Assembly (NCBI RefSeq): GCF_041146345.1
Contig: NW_027191405.1
Coordinates: 1,860,001-1,924,000, forward strand
Source of the DNA: Neodothiora populina
Lineage: Eukaryota
Reading direction: 5' to 3'
DNA length: 64,000 bases
This document shows, one piece after another, positions 1 through 11,504 of this stretch. Below the pieces are notes generated by a model. It saw only the letters and a program-made list of their open reading frames with translations. It was not told where the DNA came from and did no database searches. The stretch's first letter is position 1; the number at the start of each line of letters is the position of its first letter. A program made the position numbers and the translations under genes.

Positions 1-747
1 CACAACACTTATTCTGTAGAATGTATTTGTGTCTTAGGTACTTAGGTTTATAACATCTGTGGATCATGCATGTCGTCATGTCCCGGCCATGACTCGTGCT
101 GCAGACTACATCGTGTGGGGAGCTTTTTGAACGTCTATATCACTACATCACTCAGACCTCTTGCGACACTTATTCGTTCTCTTATTATTGTATATCTCTC
201 GCTCCATCGATGCTAGTAGCAATATTGCGAAGCGTATGAGGAGACTTGAGTGAATGTACGGAGATCTGGCTTTGTCAAGCTTAGAATCTCTTGGTCAACT
301 TCAACCTTTCATCGATTTTGAATAGACTCGACCAAAATTGTGAACATGACAGTGGAGATATGCCTTTGTGATGCCAAACTGTCTAGGCCGTACAATGGCT
401 CCGTTTCTTGGACATAGCACACCAAAGTAGCTTTCTGTAGTAGGTTAATGAGGTGCTTGAAAACTGGTGCAAGTAGATCCTCGGCGACGCTGCACTGAAG
501 GACGTTACTGCCTGATCGAGATACAGTTTGTTTCACGCGCCTTCCAATTGTTGGTTACCTTTCCTTTGCTCTCTCGTGCTCCATTCTGCTTATGTGCCTG
601 CACCTACACACCTGTATCTCTGATTTTGTTGTCTGACTTCTTGCGCCATCGCCTTCTCACTTATTCACCTTCTTTCACTTGTTCCCTCGCCACCTTCAGT
701 CACGTCACTCCAAATTCTATCGTATCATCCCGCAGTATAAGGTGACC

Positions 748-2242
748 ATGAGTGCGGCACGCCCCAGCTCTGGACCCCTCACGTTCTTTGAACGCATGAA
801 CTCGCTCAAGGGTTCTGAGGGAAATGTCTCTGCTGGAAACACGATTGCTAGCCACGTTGCCCAGGAGAATGCTGAGCACGATACGCGTATTCTCAAACAG
901 CTCTGGGAGCCGGCACAACAGCCTTCGCCGACTACTCCGAGGACCCTTCCCGGCTCAAGTGACGAGTCCGACAAGGCAGGCTCTTTGGCACAGAGTCTGC
1001 ACTCGCCTCGGCCTGTTCGCTCACAGCATGACTCTGATCCTGAGACTCTGGCTCAACCGATGAATGCCCACGAAGCCCCCTCGAAGCCTGAGGCTCAGCA
1101 GTGGACTTTCGCTTATCCTCGCAGCGATGTAAGATGTGGCGTATGACATCCGTGACGATTCTGTCTGACTTATTGTAGGAGAAAGAAAATACTGCACCTA
1201 CGTCTGCAACCAGCATGAGCAGTCATGATCTCGGCGCACTAAAGTCAAAGACTCCAGCTGAACCGGCCATGTCTCCTAAGGCTCTTTCCGGACCTCATCG
1301 CAGATTTGCCGCTCAGGTCATCAGCAAGAGAGTAGAGAACGCTGCTAAGCCGCCCAGTCCGGCCACTCGGGATGTAGTCACCATCACCAGTCCTGCAGTG
1401 ACCGAGTTACCCGGAGCAAACGTGGAGGAGTCAAGTTCTCCTCAAATCAGTCCTCCCCAATTCAACCCCCTGGCCGCTTTCAAACCACGTTTCGATTCCG
1501 ACGACGAAAGTAGTAGGGGCCAGCCTTCCGTGGTCCAGGCTAGCGCCAGCGTATCCACAAACCGGGATGAGATGGATCGAACCATGGAAGATAGTAGCGT
1601 AAGCCCAAATTTGACTGACTCGTTCACGGCTCACGGTGATCAGACCGTTGCCGCAGATCTAGCTGCCGCGTACAGCAGGCTGTCTTTCACGTCAAACCAG
1701 AGCAGTTGCGAGAAATCTACTAAAATCCACTCAGACTACTCCGCAGGAATCCGTCAAACAAGCCCAGAAATGCTCGGTCCGGGAGCTTCATGACCTTGTC
1801 AAGACTACGACTGAGCCGCACGACCTCAATATTCTTCAGGTCATCAATTTCGAGGAGCGGTTCGAAGACATGGACTGGCGTCTCAAGCAGCTGGAAAAGG
1901 TTTCAAACATTGGTGGAAATGGTGGGGTCGACTTTCCGGTGAACATTCGATTCCGTCAGTGTCATCTGTCTTCTCTGATACATGACTAAACTGACAAAAA
2001 GAATAGCATCTATAAATCTACCGATTGAAATCGACATCGCAGCTCATCAGAAAATGTGGGACGTTCTTCAGACGGTCAGGAGAGCTACTGGCCAGCGCTA
2101 CGTCTACTGCGTCTTCAAACACTTGGGCCACGTTCTCGATATGGACAAACGTGTTGGGGATTATGCAGTCAGACCCGGAGACGACCTGTACCTCGCTCAG
2201 CAACCCCCACCAGCAGGCTCGACTGCGCCTGAGCGTTACTAG
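748..2242 (+). CDS. Orphan protein: long disordered Ser/Pro-rich N-terminus and a C-terminal ubiquitin-like (beta-grasp) domain
   Basis: ATG at 748. Introns 1129-1178 (GTAAGA..CTGAC..TAG), probably 1599-1734 (GTAAGC..CAG) and 1955-2006 (GTCAGT..CTGAC..TAG) join ORFs 679-1146, 1215-1793 and 1982-2242 in frame. The C-terminus ...VFKHLGHVLDMDKRVGDYAVRPGDDLYL resembles ubiquitin [27 protein letters not shown]. Confidence 0.6.
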
Positions 2243-3001
2243 ATGCAGAGTGAATGCTCGAGAGTTTTCTCGCTGGGAATAGTGGAGAATGAGTATCTGA
2301 GAAGTGGTCCTATCTCGGACATGGAACTGCACGTTCTCGGGTCGATGAGAGGGTTTACAGTGCTGTTTGCTGTAATCTTACCCCATGATTCTGTCGCTGG
2401 TTGCGAATGTATTATAGATCTCTAATAAGACAGCCAAGGACCAAATATGACTGCGTTTCGAATAAGTTGTCATCGACGACCGAATCGTGTTTTGTGCATT
2501 TTGCCATGATATATGTATCATAATCACCTACCTTAGCCTTGTAATTATCGAAGCATCTCTGAGCGCCAACAGACAAAAGTTTGCTCCCAAGAGCCAGGGG
2601 AGTGTGAAGACGCGCTTGACCGAGTTCCGAGTCGGAGGATATGACGTCTCGATGCAGGACAGAAAAAACTATTTCCTGTCGACACGCATATAGGACACCT
2701 CGGACAGGTTACTCTGACACAGTAGGCACGAGCAATGCACAAAAAGCCAACAGCACAAGACTTCCTTTTTGTGGTGGAGTCTACCTACCTGAGGTACCTA
2801 CCTAGTATACGGCGAAGAAAGCCCCTGAATCAGCAACACACTCCCAACGAACCTGTCAGGCGGGGGTGTCTGGACCGACGGCCAGGACGATATCATAGCT
2901 TACCTACCTAGCTCCTGAACCTGCTCTATCTCGTGTCACGTCCTCTTTCCACGTCCATTTCAGTGAATAGAGAACGGGAGAAAGTAACCGCGGCCACAAT
3001 A

Positions 3002-3869
3002 ATGGATGACCTATCGTCGTCATTGACGTCTACCGACTTCTCGACGACATCGGCCAGACCAGTGCCGAATGTGGCATCCAAAGCGCCCTCAATCCGCCGC
3101 CTTTCAAGCCTAGCAACGACAATTCCCTTGAAGACAGCAGCGACGGCACCAGGCATCATCATCTCGCCTCTCGAAGGCATGTCTGGACGCGGTGCTGGGA
3201 GCGCCATGGGCTATTCTGCGGCGGGTCCATCTTTCATTCCTGCTCTGAGCGATAATGTCACCTCTAGCGATAGTGCTAGGAAGGACAGTGCTAAAGATGC
3301 TAATGGCGCAAGCGCATCCAGCATCGCGACTCTGCTAGCTCGCACGAATCAACAAACCCTCTCCGGCGCGGTCTCGAATCTAGCGGATCTAGTGGACAGT
3401 GAGCAGGCTGCCGTGGCGCGGTTCAAGGCAAGATATGCGCGTCTTCAAGAAGACTTTCTGAGGATGAGTGATGAGATGGAATCACTGCGGACCGAAGCTG
3501 CAGCTGCAGCAGCTGAATCTGCAGCAAGAGAAGCTGTTTGGCAATCGCAGCGGATTGAAATAGAAGCAGTGTTAGCAGAAGCAGCAGCGGTATCAGCTGT
3601 TCTCAAGACGAAGGACGGAAAAGCAACGAGAAGTCAGCCCGACAGCGGCACCGCACCGCCTCGCCGGGGCAGAAAAGGACAAGCATGCGACAGAAACAGA
3701 AACGCGCATCGACGACCTGGCCCGCTTCCAGAACGAGGACCGTCTGAGTATAGAGAAGATAACCAAGGACTTCAAGGCGTTTGAGAGCAGACATGTCGAG
3801 ATGGCGAATCGGACCAAAGTCGTCGAGCATCGGCTTGCGAGGGTTGAGCGGCGCATTGATGAGTTATGA
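3002..3869 (+). CDS. Hypothetical coiled-coil protein; junction near 3570-3680 unresolved
   Basis: ATG at 3002 inside ORF 2933-3784 gives a Ser-rich N-terminus then a heptad-like helix (AVARFKARYARLQEDFLRMSDEMESLR). A second coiled-coil-like segment (AEKDKHATETETRIDDLARFQNEDRLSIEKITKDFKAFESRHVEMANRTKVVEHRLARVERRIDEL*) lies in the +1 frame and ends at TGA 3867-3869. Confidence 0.5.
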
Positions 3870-4463
3870 TGGCTTGACGAGGCAATGTGAGCGAACGGGA
3901 ATGGTGTTGATTGAGGTTCTTTCCCTCGTTTCTATGGTGATTATGAGTGAGGAGATTGGGGCCATCGGGGGTTGAGTTCTAGTTTATGCTCCGTAGAAAT
4001 GGTGTGGGATATGAGAAAGAGGAAGACCTGGGACGAAGCAAACCTCGGTCTGCTACACAAGACATGTGACGACTTGACCAACATAGAAAAAGGAGATGCA
4101 AAAGTACGTTTACCGGAAGAAAAATGGGTAGTCGCCCACAGGGAAATGCTAAGGTGAGATAAGGTAGATACATGTGAAAGTTGGGGTCTTTTCTAATTTC
4201 ATACATACAGCATGATATACGTGCGGAGATGATTCTTTTTTCTTTCATTTTTCTTCTGCTCTTTGCTTCCTCTGGGGCGATTGATCCATAAATCGACGCT
4301 TGGTTGTGCCGTGCTCTTTCTCTTCTGCTGGCAATAACGTACGAAGCGCTGCAATATGAGAAGCAGAAACAAATGCTGGAATTTGATGGTACAGGCCGAG
4401 GATCTTCGCATCGATGCACAAGAGTGTTTCGATCAACAAGTCAGATCACGAGACGGAAACCCC

Positions 4464-5711
4464 TCATCGCTTGTTCTTGGTCTCCTCGAAGCTGTCCAGG
4501 ACGCTCTGGGTGACGCTATCCTTGGACTGAGGTTCTGATTGCTCGTTTTGTTGCTTTGAGTCAGAGGAGCCAACCTTGGTGGTCAGCGTCCTCGCCTGGC
4601 TCTCCGACACTTTGCCATAGACACCCATTGCGGTGGCGATCATGCCGCCAATGTCGCCGACGTTACCAGGAACGACGACCGAGGTGCCCTCCTTGGCTAG
4701 GTTCGCAAAGGCATCGACGTACTTCTCCGCGACACTCAGCGACACGGCGGCGTTTGCGCTGGCTCCGCGGGTGGCAATGGTCTGGGCGACAGCGTCGATT
4801 CCTCGGGCGGTGGCGGTGGCCTTGAGCAGGATGGCCTCGGCCTCACCAGATGCCGTGTTGATCTGCTCGGCCTTGAGAGCCTCGGAGGCCAGGATGACGC
4901 TCTGTTTTCTTCCCTCGGCGATGTTGATGGCGCTCTGTCTCTGACCCTCAGACTCCAAGATCTCCGCTCTTTTGCTTCTTTCGGCAGTGACTTGTCGATG
5001 CATGGCCTCGACGACGCCGGCGGGAGCATGGATGTCTCTGATCTCATATCTGAGACAGGTGACACCCCAGTCCTGCGCTGCTTCGTTGATGGCGGCTGTG
5101 ATGTTTGTGTTCAAAGCGGCGCGCTCCTTCAACACGTGGTCGAGAGAAAGCTGGCCAATCTCGCTGCGCATCGTGGTCTGGGCGAGCTGAGAAATGGCGT
5201 ATTCGGCATCCTCGACACCATACGAGGCCTTGTAAGGGTCGAAGACACGAGTGTAGAGGACTCCGTCGAGCTCGAGAGTGACGTTGTCGGCGGTGATGGC
5301 GGACTGCGAGGGGATCTCGAGGGCGACTTCTTTGAGAGACTTGACGTAGGCGATGCGGTCGATGACAGGCATGAGAAGAGCCAGACCCGGTTGCAGGATC
5401 CTGTGGAACTTGCCCATGCGCTCGACGATCCATGCTGTCTGCTGAGGCACAAACTTGACGATGGTGTTTGCGGGTAGGGATGGCTTCTGAAAGTACGACA
5501 CCGGAGGGCCGCTGCCACTCATTGACGAAGACGAGAAGGGCGCAGACAGGGGCGACGATGGCGAGCTCGTAAAGGGTCGTCTGGAGTTGTGTCTGCTGTT
5601 GGCCAGCACTGCCAGTGAGCGGCGAGAGGGAGTGCGGCGGGAGCTGCGCAGGACACTGCCCATGTTGTGCTCCATTGTCGCCAGAGTGGCTGCCGTCAAT
5701 GTCGGAGCCAT
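4464..5711 (-). CDS. Stomatin-like protein 2 (SPFH/Band 7 family), probably mitochondrial
   Basis: Intronless ORF. SPFH signature FVPQQTAWIVERMGKFHRIL...SAITADNVTLELDGVLY...LRYEIRDI...AERSKRAEILESEG. Arg/Ser-rich presequence-like N-terminus. First ATG at 5711. Confidence 0.93.
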   Translation of the reverse strand: MAPTLTAATLATMEHNMGSVLRSSRRTPSRRSLAVLANSRHNSRRPFTSSPSSPLSAPFSSSSMSGSGPPVSYFQKPSLPANTIVKFVPQQTAWIVERMGKFHRILQPGLALLMPVIDRIAYVKSLKEVALEIPSQSAITADNVTLELDGVLYTRVFDPYKASYGVEDAEYAISQLAQTTMRSEIGQLSLDHVLKERAALNTNITAAINEAAQDWGVTCLRYEIRDIHAPAGVVEAMHRQVTAERSKRAEILESEGQRQSAINIAEGRKQSVILASEALKAEQINTASGEAEAILLKATATARGIDAVAQTIATRGASANAAVSLSVAEKYVDAFANLAKEGTSVVVPGNVGDIGGMIATAMGVYGKVSESQARTLTTKVGSSDSKQQNEQSEPQSKDSVTQSVLDSFEETKNKR

Positions 5712-6123
5712 GGTTCTCGACGATGGGTAGATGTGGTTGAATGGACAGTAGTGAAGGAGAGATGGAGAGATGATGGAATGCTGCACCTCGCAGACGCCAA
5801 GGGTGGCACCAGCTACCTACCTTAGGTAATTACCTAGTATCGTACTTGTACCTTCCTACTTCTAAAGTGTGGAGACGGACGCCTGCCTATTCTGAGGGAA
5901 CCGGTAGGTAGTCACCAAGGTATTGGTCACTCTCTACTATGAATGCAGCAGTCCACCAACATATCCATGCCTGATGGAATCTGATTATAGCGATTGAGAT
6001 CATGATTATCTAAAGTACTGTGTTGTAAGGTAGCCATCACTCATTATTGTGACCGACTGACTCATGTTCGACGCATCGCATCTCAGACCCGTAATCAGCC
6101 ATCACGGCGGCCAAAACACGGAG

Positions 6124-6236
6124 GTGAGCTCGGACCATCACATCTGAAGTCATCGCCATCTTATACATTATTATAGCTTCCATTCTTCTTTCGCAAGCAT
6201 GCCGTCCCATGTTTTCGTCCAGCTCACACCTCTAAG
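6124..6236 (+). other. Probable 5'-UTR intron of the U1 zinc-finger gene
   Basis: GTGAGC donor at 6124, GCTCAC branch-like site and AAG acceptor 2 nt before ATG 6239. Splicing would remove the upstream ATGs at 6199 and 6209. Confidence 0.4.
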
Positions 6237-6238
6237 CC

Positions 6239-7150
6239 ATGTCGGAATACTGGAAGTCGACTCCAAAGTACTGGTGCAAGTTCTGCAGCACTTTCGTGCG
6301 AGACACGAACCTAGAGAGAAAGTCGCACGAAGCCACCCCGAAGCATCAGTCCGGCATCCAGCGATCCCTGCGGAACCTCCACAAGAACACCGAGCGCGAG
6401 GAGCGCGACAAAGAGAGAGCCAGAGCCGAGGTCGCGAGGCTCAATGGCTTAGTCGGCGGAAATGCAGGTTCAAGCTCAAGCTCAAGCTCAAGCGCTGCGC
6501 AGCCGGGCTCCAAGCCGACCACCACCACACGCTCCGCCACGGGCGCCGCCGCTGCCCCACCTCCCAAAGCGAGCATCGAGGAGCGCAAGCGGCAGATGGG
6601 ACAGTTGGCTGCCATGGGCATCGCTGTGCCTGAGGCATACAGGAAAGAGATGGCCGTCGGAGGAGAGTGGACCACAGTATCCGAGACGCCCATCTACCAC
6701 AAACCCGCCATAATCAAATCAGAAGACGACGACGATCTCGACTCGAAAGAATCGACTGCGTTCGGTGTCAAGAAACGAAAGTTGGACGAAGACGAGTTGG
6801 AGGCAGAAGAGGTCGCTAGAAAAGGATGGGGCTCCAAGTTCAAGACTTATCCCAACAAGAAAGCCAAGGAAGAAGATCTGGATGCCTTGCTGAGCGGTGC
6901 ACTGAACAAGAAGCCTGCAATCAAGTCTGAAGATATGTCGGACGCAATCAAACAGGAAGACAACATCACATCAGATCCAACACCAAATGTTACAGGAGAT
7001 TCCGTCGCGGCGCTCAAGAAAGAGGAACCCTCAGGAGAATCTGCACTTGACGCCGTTCCAGACATCAACCAGGCCAGTGACCCGCTGAAGCAACAAGCAG
7101 AGGCCTCGGAACCACCGGTGGTGTTCAAGAAGCGCAAAGGAAAGCGATGA
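6239..7150 (+). CDS. U1-type (matrin) zinc-finger protein, WBP4/FBP21-like splicing factor
   Basis: N-terminal MSEYWKSTPKYWCKFC...ERKSHEATPKHQ is a zf-U1 motif. It is followed by a coiled coil and a C-terminal basic NLS-like VVFKKRKGKR. Confidence 0.85.
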   Translation: MSEYWKSTPKYWCKFCSTFVRDTNLERKSHEATPKHQSGIQRSLRNLHKNTEREERDKERARAEVARLNGLVGGNAGSSSSSSSSAAQPGSKPTTTTRSATGAAAAPPPKASIEERKRQMGQLAAMGIAVPEAYRKEMAVGGEWTTVSETPIYHKPAIIKSEDDDDLDSKESTAFGVKKRKLDEDELEAEEVARKGWGSKFKTYPNKKAKEEDLDALLSGALNKKPAIKSEDMSDAIKQEDNITSDPTPNVTGDSVAALKKEEPSGESALDAVPDINQASDPLKQQAEASEPPVVFKKRKGKR

Positions 7151-8070
7151 ACATGAAATCACTCTTCTATCCACATATAACAGTCCGTCGGACATGACAG
7201 CATGTCAACATCAATAATCATGTCACCACGCAACAGCTCAAAGCATCGAGAGTCTTCACAAAGAAGACGAAGAGAAGACTTGAAGTCACTCTTCCAGGGG
7301 GCACTCTCGATCGCCGCTGTCCCCTCAACGCAGCCCCAAACTGGATACCGACATAACTATGCGGTCGATATATGGACTGGAGTCTATGTCGTCAAGCCAG
7401 ATCTCCTGCCGTGGCGCAGAAGAAGGCGAGAAGTATTGGTGAGGGGGTCTGCGAAGCTACCGCATGCATACATGTGCGCATGGCTTCACAGCAACGAGTA
7501 GCATAGAAAGTATAGGGTACCATATCACATACGATATTCGAATCTTACGAAACAATAGTATAGGGTTGCGAGTCCAGCGACGTGAGAGTCGTGAATTAAT
7601 CAGGACAGAGTGGTCTTGATGAGGTAGATTTCTAATAATTGTATAAGATCCTAGTGCCAGGAACGCTTCAAGTCAATCAAGCCCTCTCCACATTTTGCAA
7701 TAAAGCGATCGACGTTGCTCGGGGGAGTAGCGCGCCCTGTTCTACCTCGCTCCAGAGAAACCACCTAGATGCCTTACGCGCATGTGAGACGGGACTAGAG
7801 AAAGAATCCACTCGGACATTGATCAAAAGTGCTGTGAGTCGTCCACAATCGCCATATCGAAGAGCAACACTCGCGCCCGGCGTCGCACAGCTCTCGGCGC
7901 ACAGTGTTCAGATATAAGCGCACATGAAGCCAGCACCTCGTGCAGTAATTAGTAACACAGCTTGCCGCATCTGATACTTGATACACTGTCGTTGTTGTCC
8001 TAGTCGCGACGCTGGACTTTCTGATTCGACTGGGTATACAAGACACACGGCGTCAGCCCACGAGGCTGCC

Positions 8071-11000
8071 ATGCGCTTCACCAAGCCGCTCTGGTTGACA
8101 CACGGAGGTTTGTTGTTGTCGTCAGACAATCATCTTTCGCTTTAGTGCCCTGTCACTGATCTTGTATATACACAGGTGACAAGAAGGACTTTGAGGTATA
8201 CAGTTGCCATGTCTCGCCGGATGGAAGTCGGCTGGTAACCGCAGGAGGAGGTGCGCGCACATGCCCATTCGTCAAAGAAACAATAAGATCCAAACAAGAG
8301 CAGTCGGACTCACAAAAGCGCAGATGGTCACGTTCGAATATGGTCCACCGAGGCCATCGCCAACTCGGGCAATGCCAGCTACAACAAACCAAAGCAACTG
8401 GCTGCCATGAGCCACCATTCCGGCACCATTCACTCTGTGCGCTTCTCCGGCAATGGCAGATACTTGGCTTCTGGTGCCGACGACAAGATTGTCTGCGTAT
8501 ACAACCTGGACCCGACGCCGCCTGCGCATACGACGTTTGGTGCGTGTGCTTGTCGTTCTGTTGTCTAGCTGGAACTGACAGAGACAGGGTCGAATGAGAC
8601 ACCGCCAGTGGAGAATTGGCGCATCTACAGGAGGTTGATCGGCCACGACAACGACGTCCAGGACCTGGGCTGGTCTTGCGACTCTTCCATTCTTGTCTCT
8701 GTGGGACTGGACTCCAAGGTCGTCATCTGGTCTGGACACACTTTCGAGAAACTCAAAACTCTCTCTCAGCATCAGAGTCACGTGAAGGGCATCACATTCG
8801 ACCCTGCCAACAAGTACTTTGCTACCACCAGCGACGACCGGACCATGCGCATCTACCGTTTCACCTCCCCTCTACCCAACTCGAGCGCGTACGACCAAGG
8901 CAACAACTTCACCCTCGAACACACAGTCACCGCGCCCTTTCTCACTTCTCCTCTGACCACATATTTCCGCCGCTGCTCGTGGTCGCCCGACGGTGCTCAC
9001 ATAGCTGCTGCCAATTCAGTCAACGGTCCTGTCAGCTCCGTCGCCATCATCACCAGAGGCACATGGGACAGCGAAGTCAATCTGATCGGACACGAAGGTC
9101 CGGTCGAGGTGTGCGCCTTCTCCCCTCGAATGTTCTGCAGTCAGCCTCCTCCGCCGCTAGATGTGCAGAACGAAAAGGACTACCACCCGCCTCCAGCTGT
9201 CACCGTCGTCGCCTGCGCTGGACAAGACAAGACCTTGAGCGTCTGGAATACGAGCTCTCCCCGACCATTTGTCATCACTCAAGAACTCGCTGCCAAATCA
9301 ATATCAGATCTAGCCTGGTCTCCGGATGGAGAGACGATATACATGACGAGCTTGGACGGCACCATCGCCTCTTGCATATTTGACACTGGCGAACTCGGCT
9401 ATCCCGCTCCTCTACTCAATAATGACAAGTCCTTGGCGAGATACGGCGCTGGTCGAAGGCTCGGTATCGTCGAGGGCACGGATGCCCTCAAGCTCGAGGA
9501 GAACAGCAAGGCAGGCGAGATCAAGGGAGCACAAGGCCGCATGGGTGAACTCATGGGGCATGGCAGCGGGGCGCCGGCCTTGAATGGCGAATTAGCGAAA
9601 CCCTCAGCTGCCACGACTAACGGAGCCAATACACCATCTATCGCAGCTAATGGTGATGCTCAACCCAAAGACGCCATCCCTGCTGCCACGCCGGATCCAC
9701 AGGTCGCCAAGATCGACAAACTCAAGCAGCGCGTCACAATCACAAAGGACGGAAAGAAGCGTATCCAGCCCCTGCTTGTGTCATCTGCTTCTGGTGTCGG
9801 AGAGTCTTCACTACCGCGACCTCAGCTCATGTCCACTGTGGCCCAGAGGGCGGGAGATGACACGGCCAAGGGTGCGACACTCGATCTCTCAAAGCCATTC
9901 GATGGACTACCCAGAGGAGGCTTGGCTTCGCTGTTGCTCGGCAACAAGCGCAAGTTTGCCGAGGTGGGCGGCGACGACGATCAACGAGCCCAGAAACGTA
10001 TAGCTTCCGTCCAACAGACCGGCGCGACACCTATTGTCATGAACGCGACCAACGGACTTGTACCTCCCAGCTTAGCTGCAAAGCCTGCCTCGACCGAGCC
10101 CCCGGAAGCTCTTCGACCGGCGATAACGAATCCTAGCCTCACTGTCAGCCAAGTACGACTCGCGGTGCCTCTTGTCAGGAGTATGATCGTCCGCCCGATG
10201 GATGTCGGGGTCACCTTGAATGGCGAGAACGGACAGTCTACAGAAAACGCAATGGACGATGCAGCCACAATCCTCGAAGCACGTAATGCTTCGGGTCCAG
10301 CCAGGACGGGGCGGGCGCAGGATCGCGAGCCGACAAGACTGAACGTATCTCGGCGGGGACAGTCGATATGGCAGGACTACCTACCGCGAGCAGTCCTCCT
10401 GGTAACCGGAAACCAAAACTTCTGGGCTGCCGCGTGCGAAGACGGCTCACTGTATGTCTGGACTCCAGCAGGTAGACGCATGATCAATGCCATGATACTT
10501 GAAGCACAGCCAGTCATTCTGGACTGCAAAGGCTGGTGGCTGCTCGCGGTGACAGCCATAGGTGTCTGCTACGTGTGGGACATACGCTCGCTGTCATCAC
10601 CTCACCCTCCGGTATCACTTGCTCCCGTACTGGACATCGCCTCTTCTTTCCAACAAGCACATCTCACACACGCACCCGCAGTCATGTTTGCTCGCCTCAA
10701 CTCACAAGGTCGAATTATCGTAGGCATGTCTAACGGAGACGGCTTCAGCTACTCACCAAGCATGTATGCTTGGCAACGATTGTCCGAGCCATGGTGGGCA
10801 GTCGGCAGCCAGTACTGGAACACCGCTGACACATCCATATCCGCCGTGCAATCAGCACAATCATCTCGAGACGACAACGACGACGAAGATCTGAAGCCAG
10901 AGAACATTTCGGCGGGTATCATACCATATCTCGAGCGCAATACAACGACGCAAGCTCTTCTGCGCGGTCGCTCGTACTTCTTGCAACGCCTGGTCAAGAC

Positions 11001-11504
11001 TTTGCTTGTGGCAGAAGGATTCGAAGGCTTCGAGTCATCTGTCAGTATCGCGCATCTGGAAAACCGTGTTGCGGCTGCCATGACACTTGGAGCCAAGGAG
11101 GAGTTCAGGTTGTATCTCATGATGTATGCGAAGCGCATAGGTGCAGAAGGCGTCAAGGGTAAGGTTGAGGAGCTACTTCGAGGCTTAATGGGCACCATTT
11201 ACGAGGATGAGGAGAAGGAAGACCAAGGAACGAACGGAAATAGCGCACCAGTTAAGAGACCCAACAGAAAAGCTGGGGACGGTTGGATGGTCGAGGGAGA
11301 TACGATGGTAGGCTGGAAGAGAGGAGACTTGCTCAAAGAGGTGGTCCTGATATTAGGTGGAGTGTCTCTGTTTATCACAGATTACGTGAATCGAGGCTAA
11401 CCCGGATCACAGGCAAACATCGCGACCTCCAGCGTACTACAGTGCCGTATGCACGATTTCTCGGCGTTCTAGAGGGCGACTCGGATATGGTCACTGATAT
11501 CTAA
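8071..11504 (+). CDS. HIR1: Histone chaperone / transcriptional co-repressor HIR1 (HIRA)
   Basis: The spliced N-terminus MRFTKPLWLTHGGDKKDFEVYSCHVSPDGSRLVTAGGDGHVRIW leads into WD40 repeats, a HIRA B-motif (QRVTITKDGKKRIQPLL) and a C-terminal Hira domain (SIAHLENRVAAA). Introns 8108-8175, 8251-8323, 8540-8587 and 11357-11412 all keep frame. Confidence 0.95.

Noticed and set aside
3970..4460. Short coding-looking fragments downstream of the coiled-coil gene
   Set aside because: No supportable exon chain; likely overlapping 3'-UTRs.
5712..5786. Extra N-terminal residues of the SLP-2 ORF
   Set aside because: The track start is a GTG; the first ATG is at 5711.
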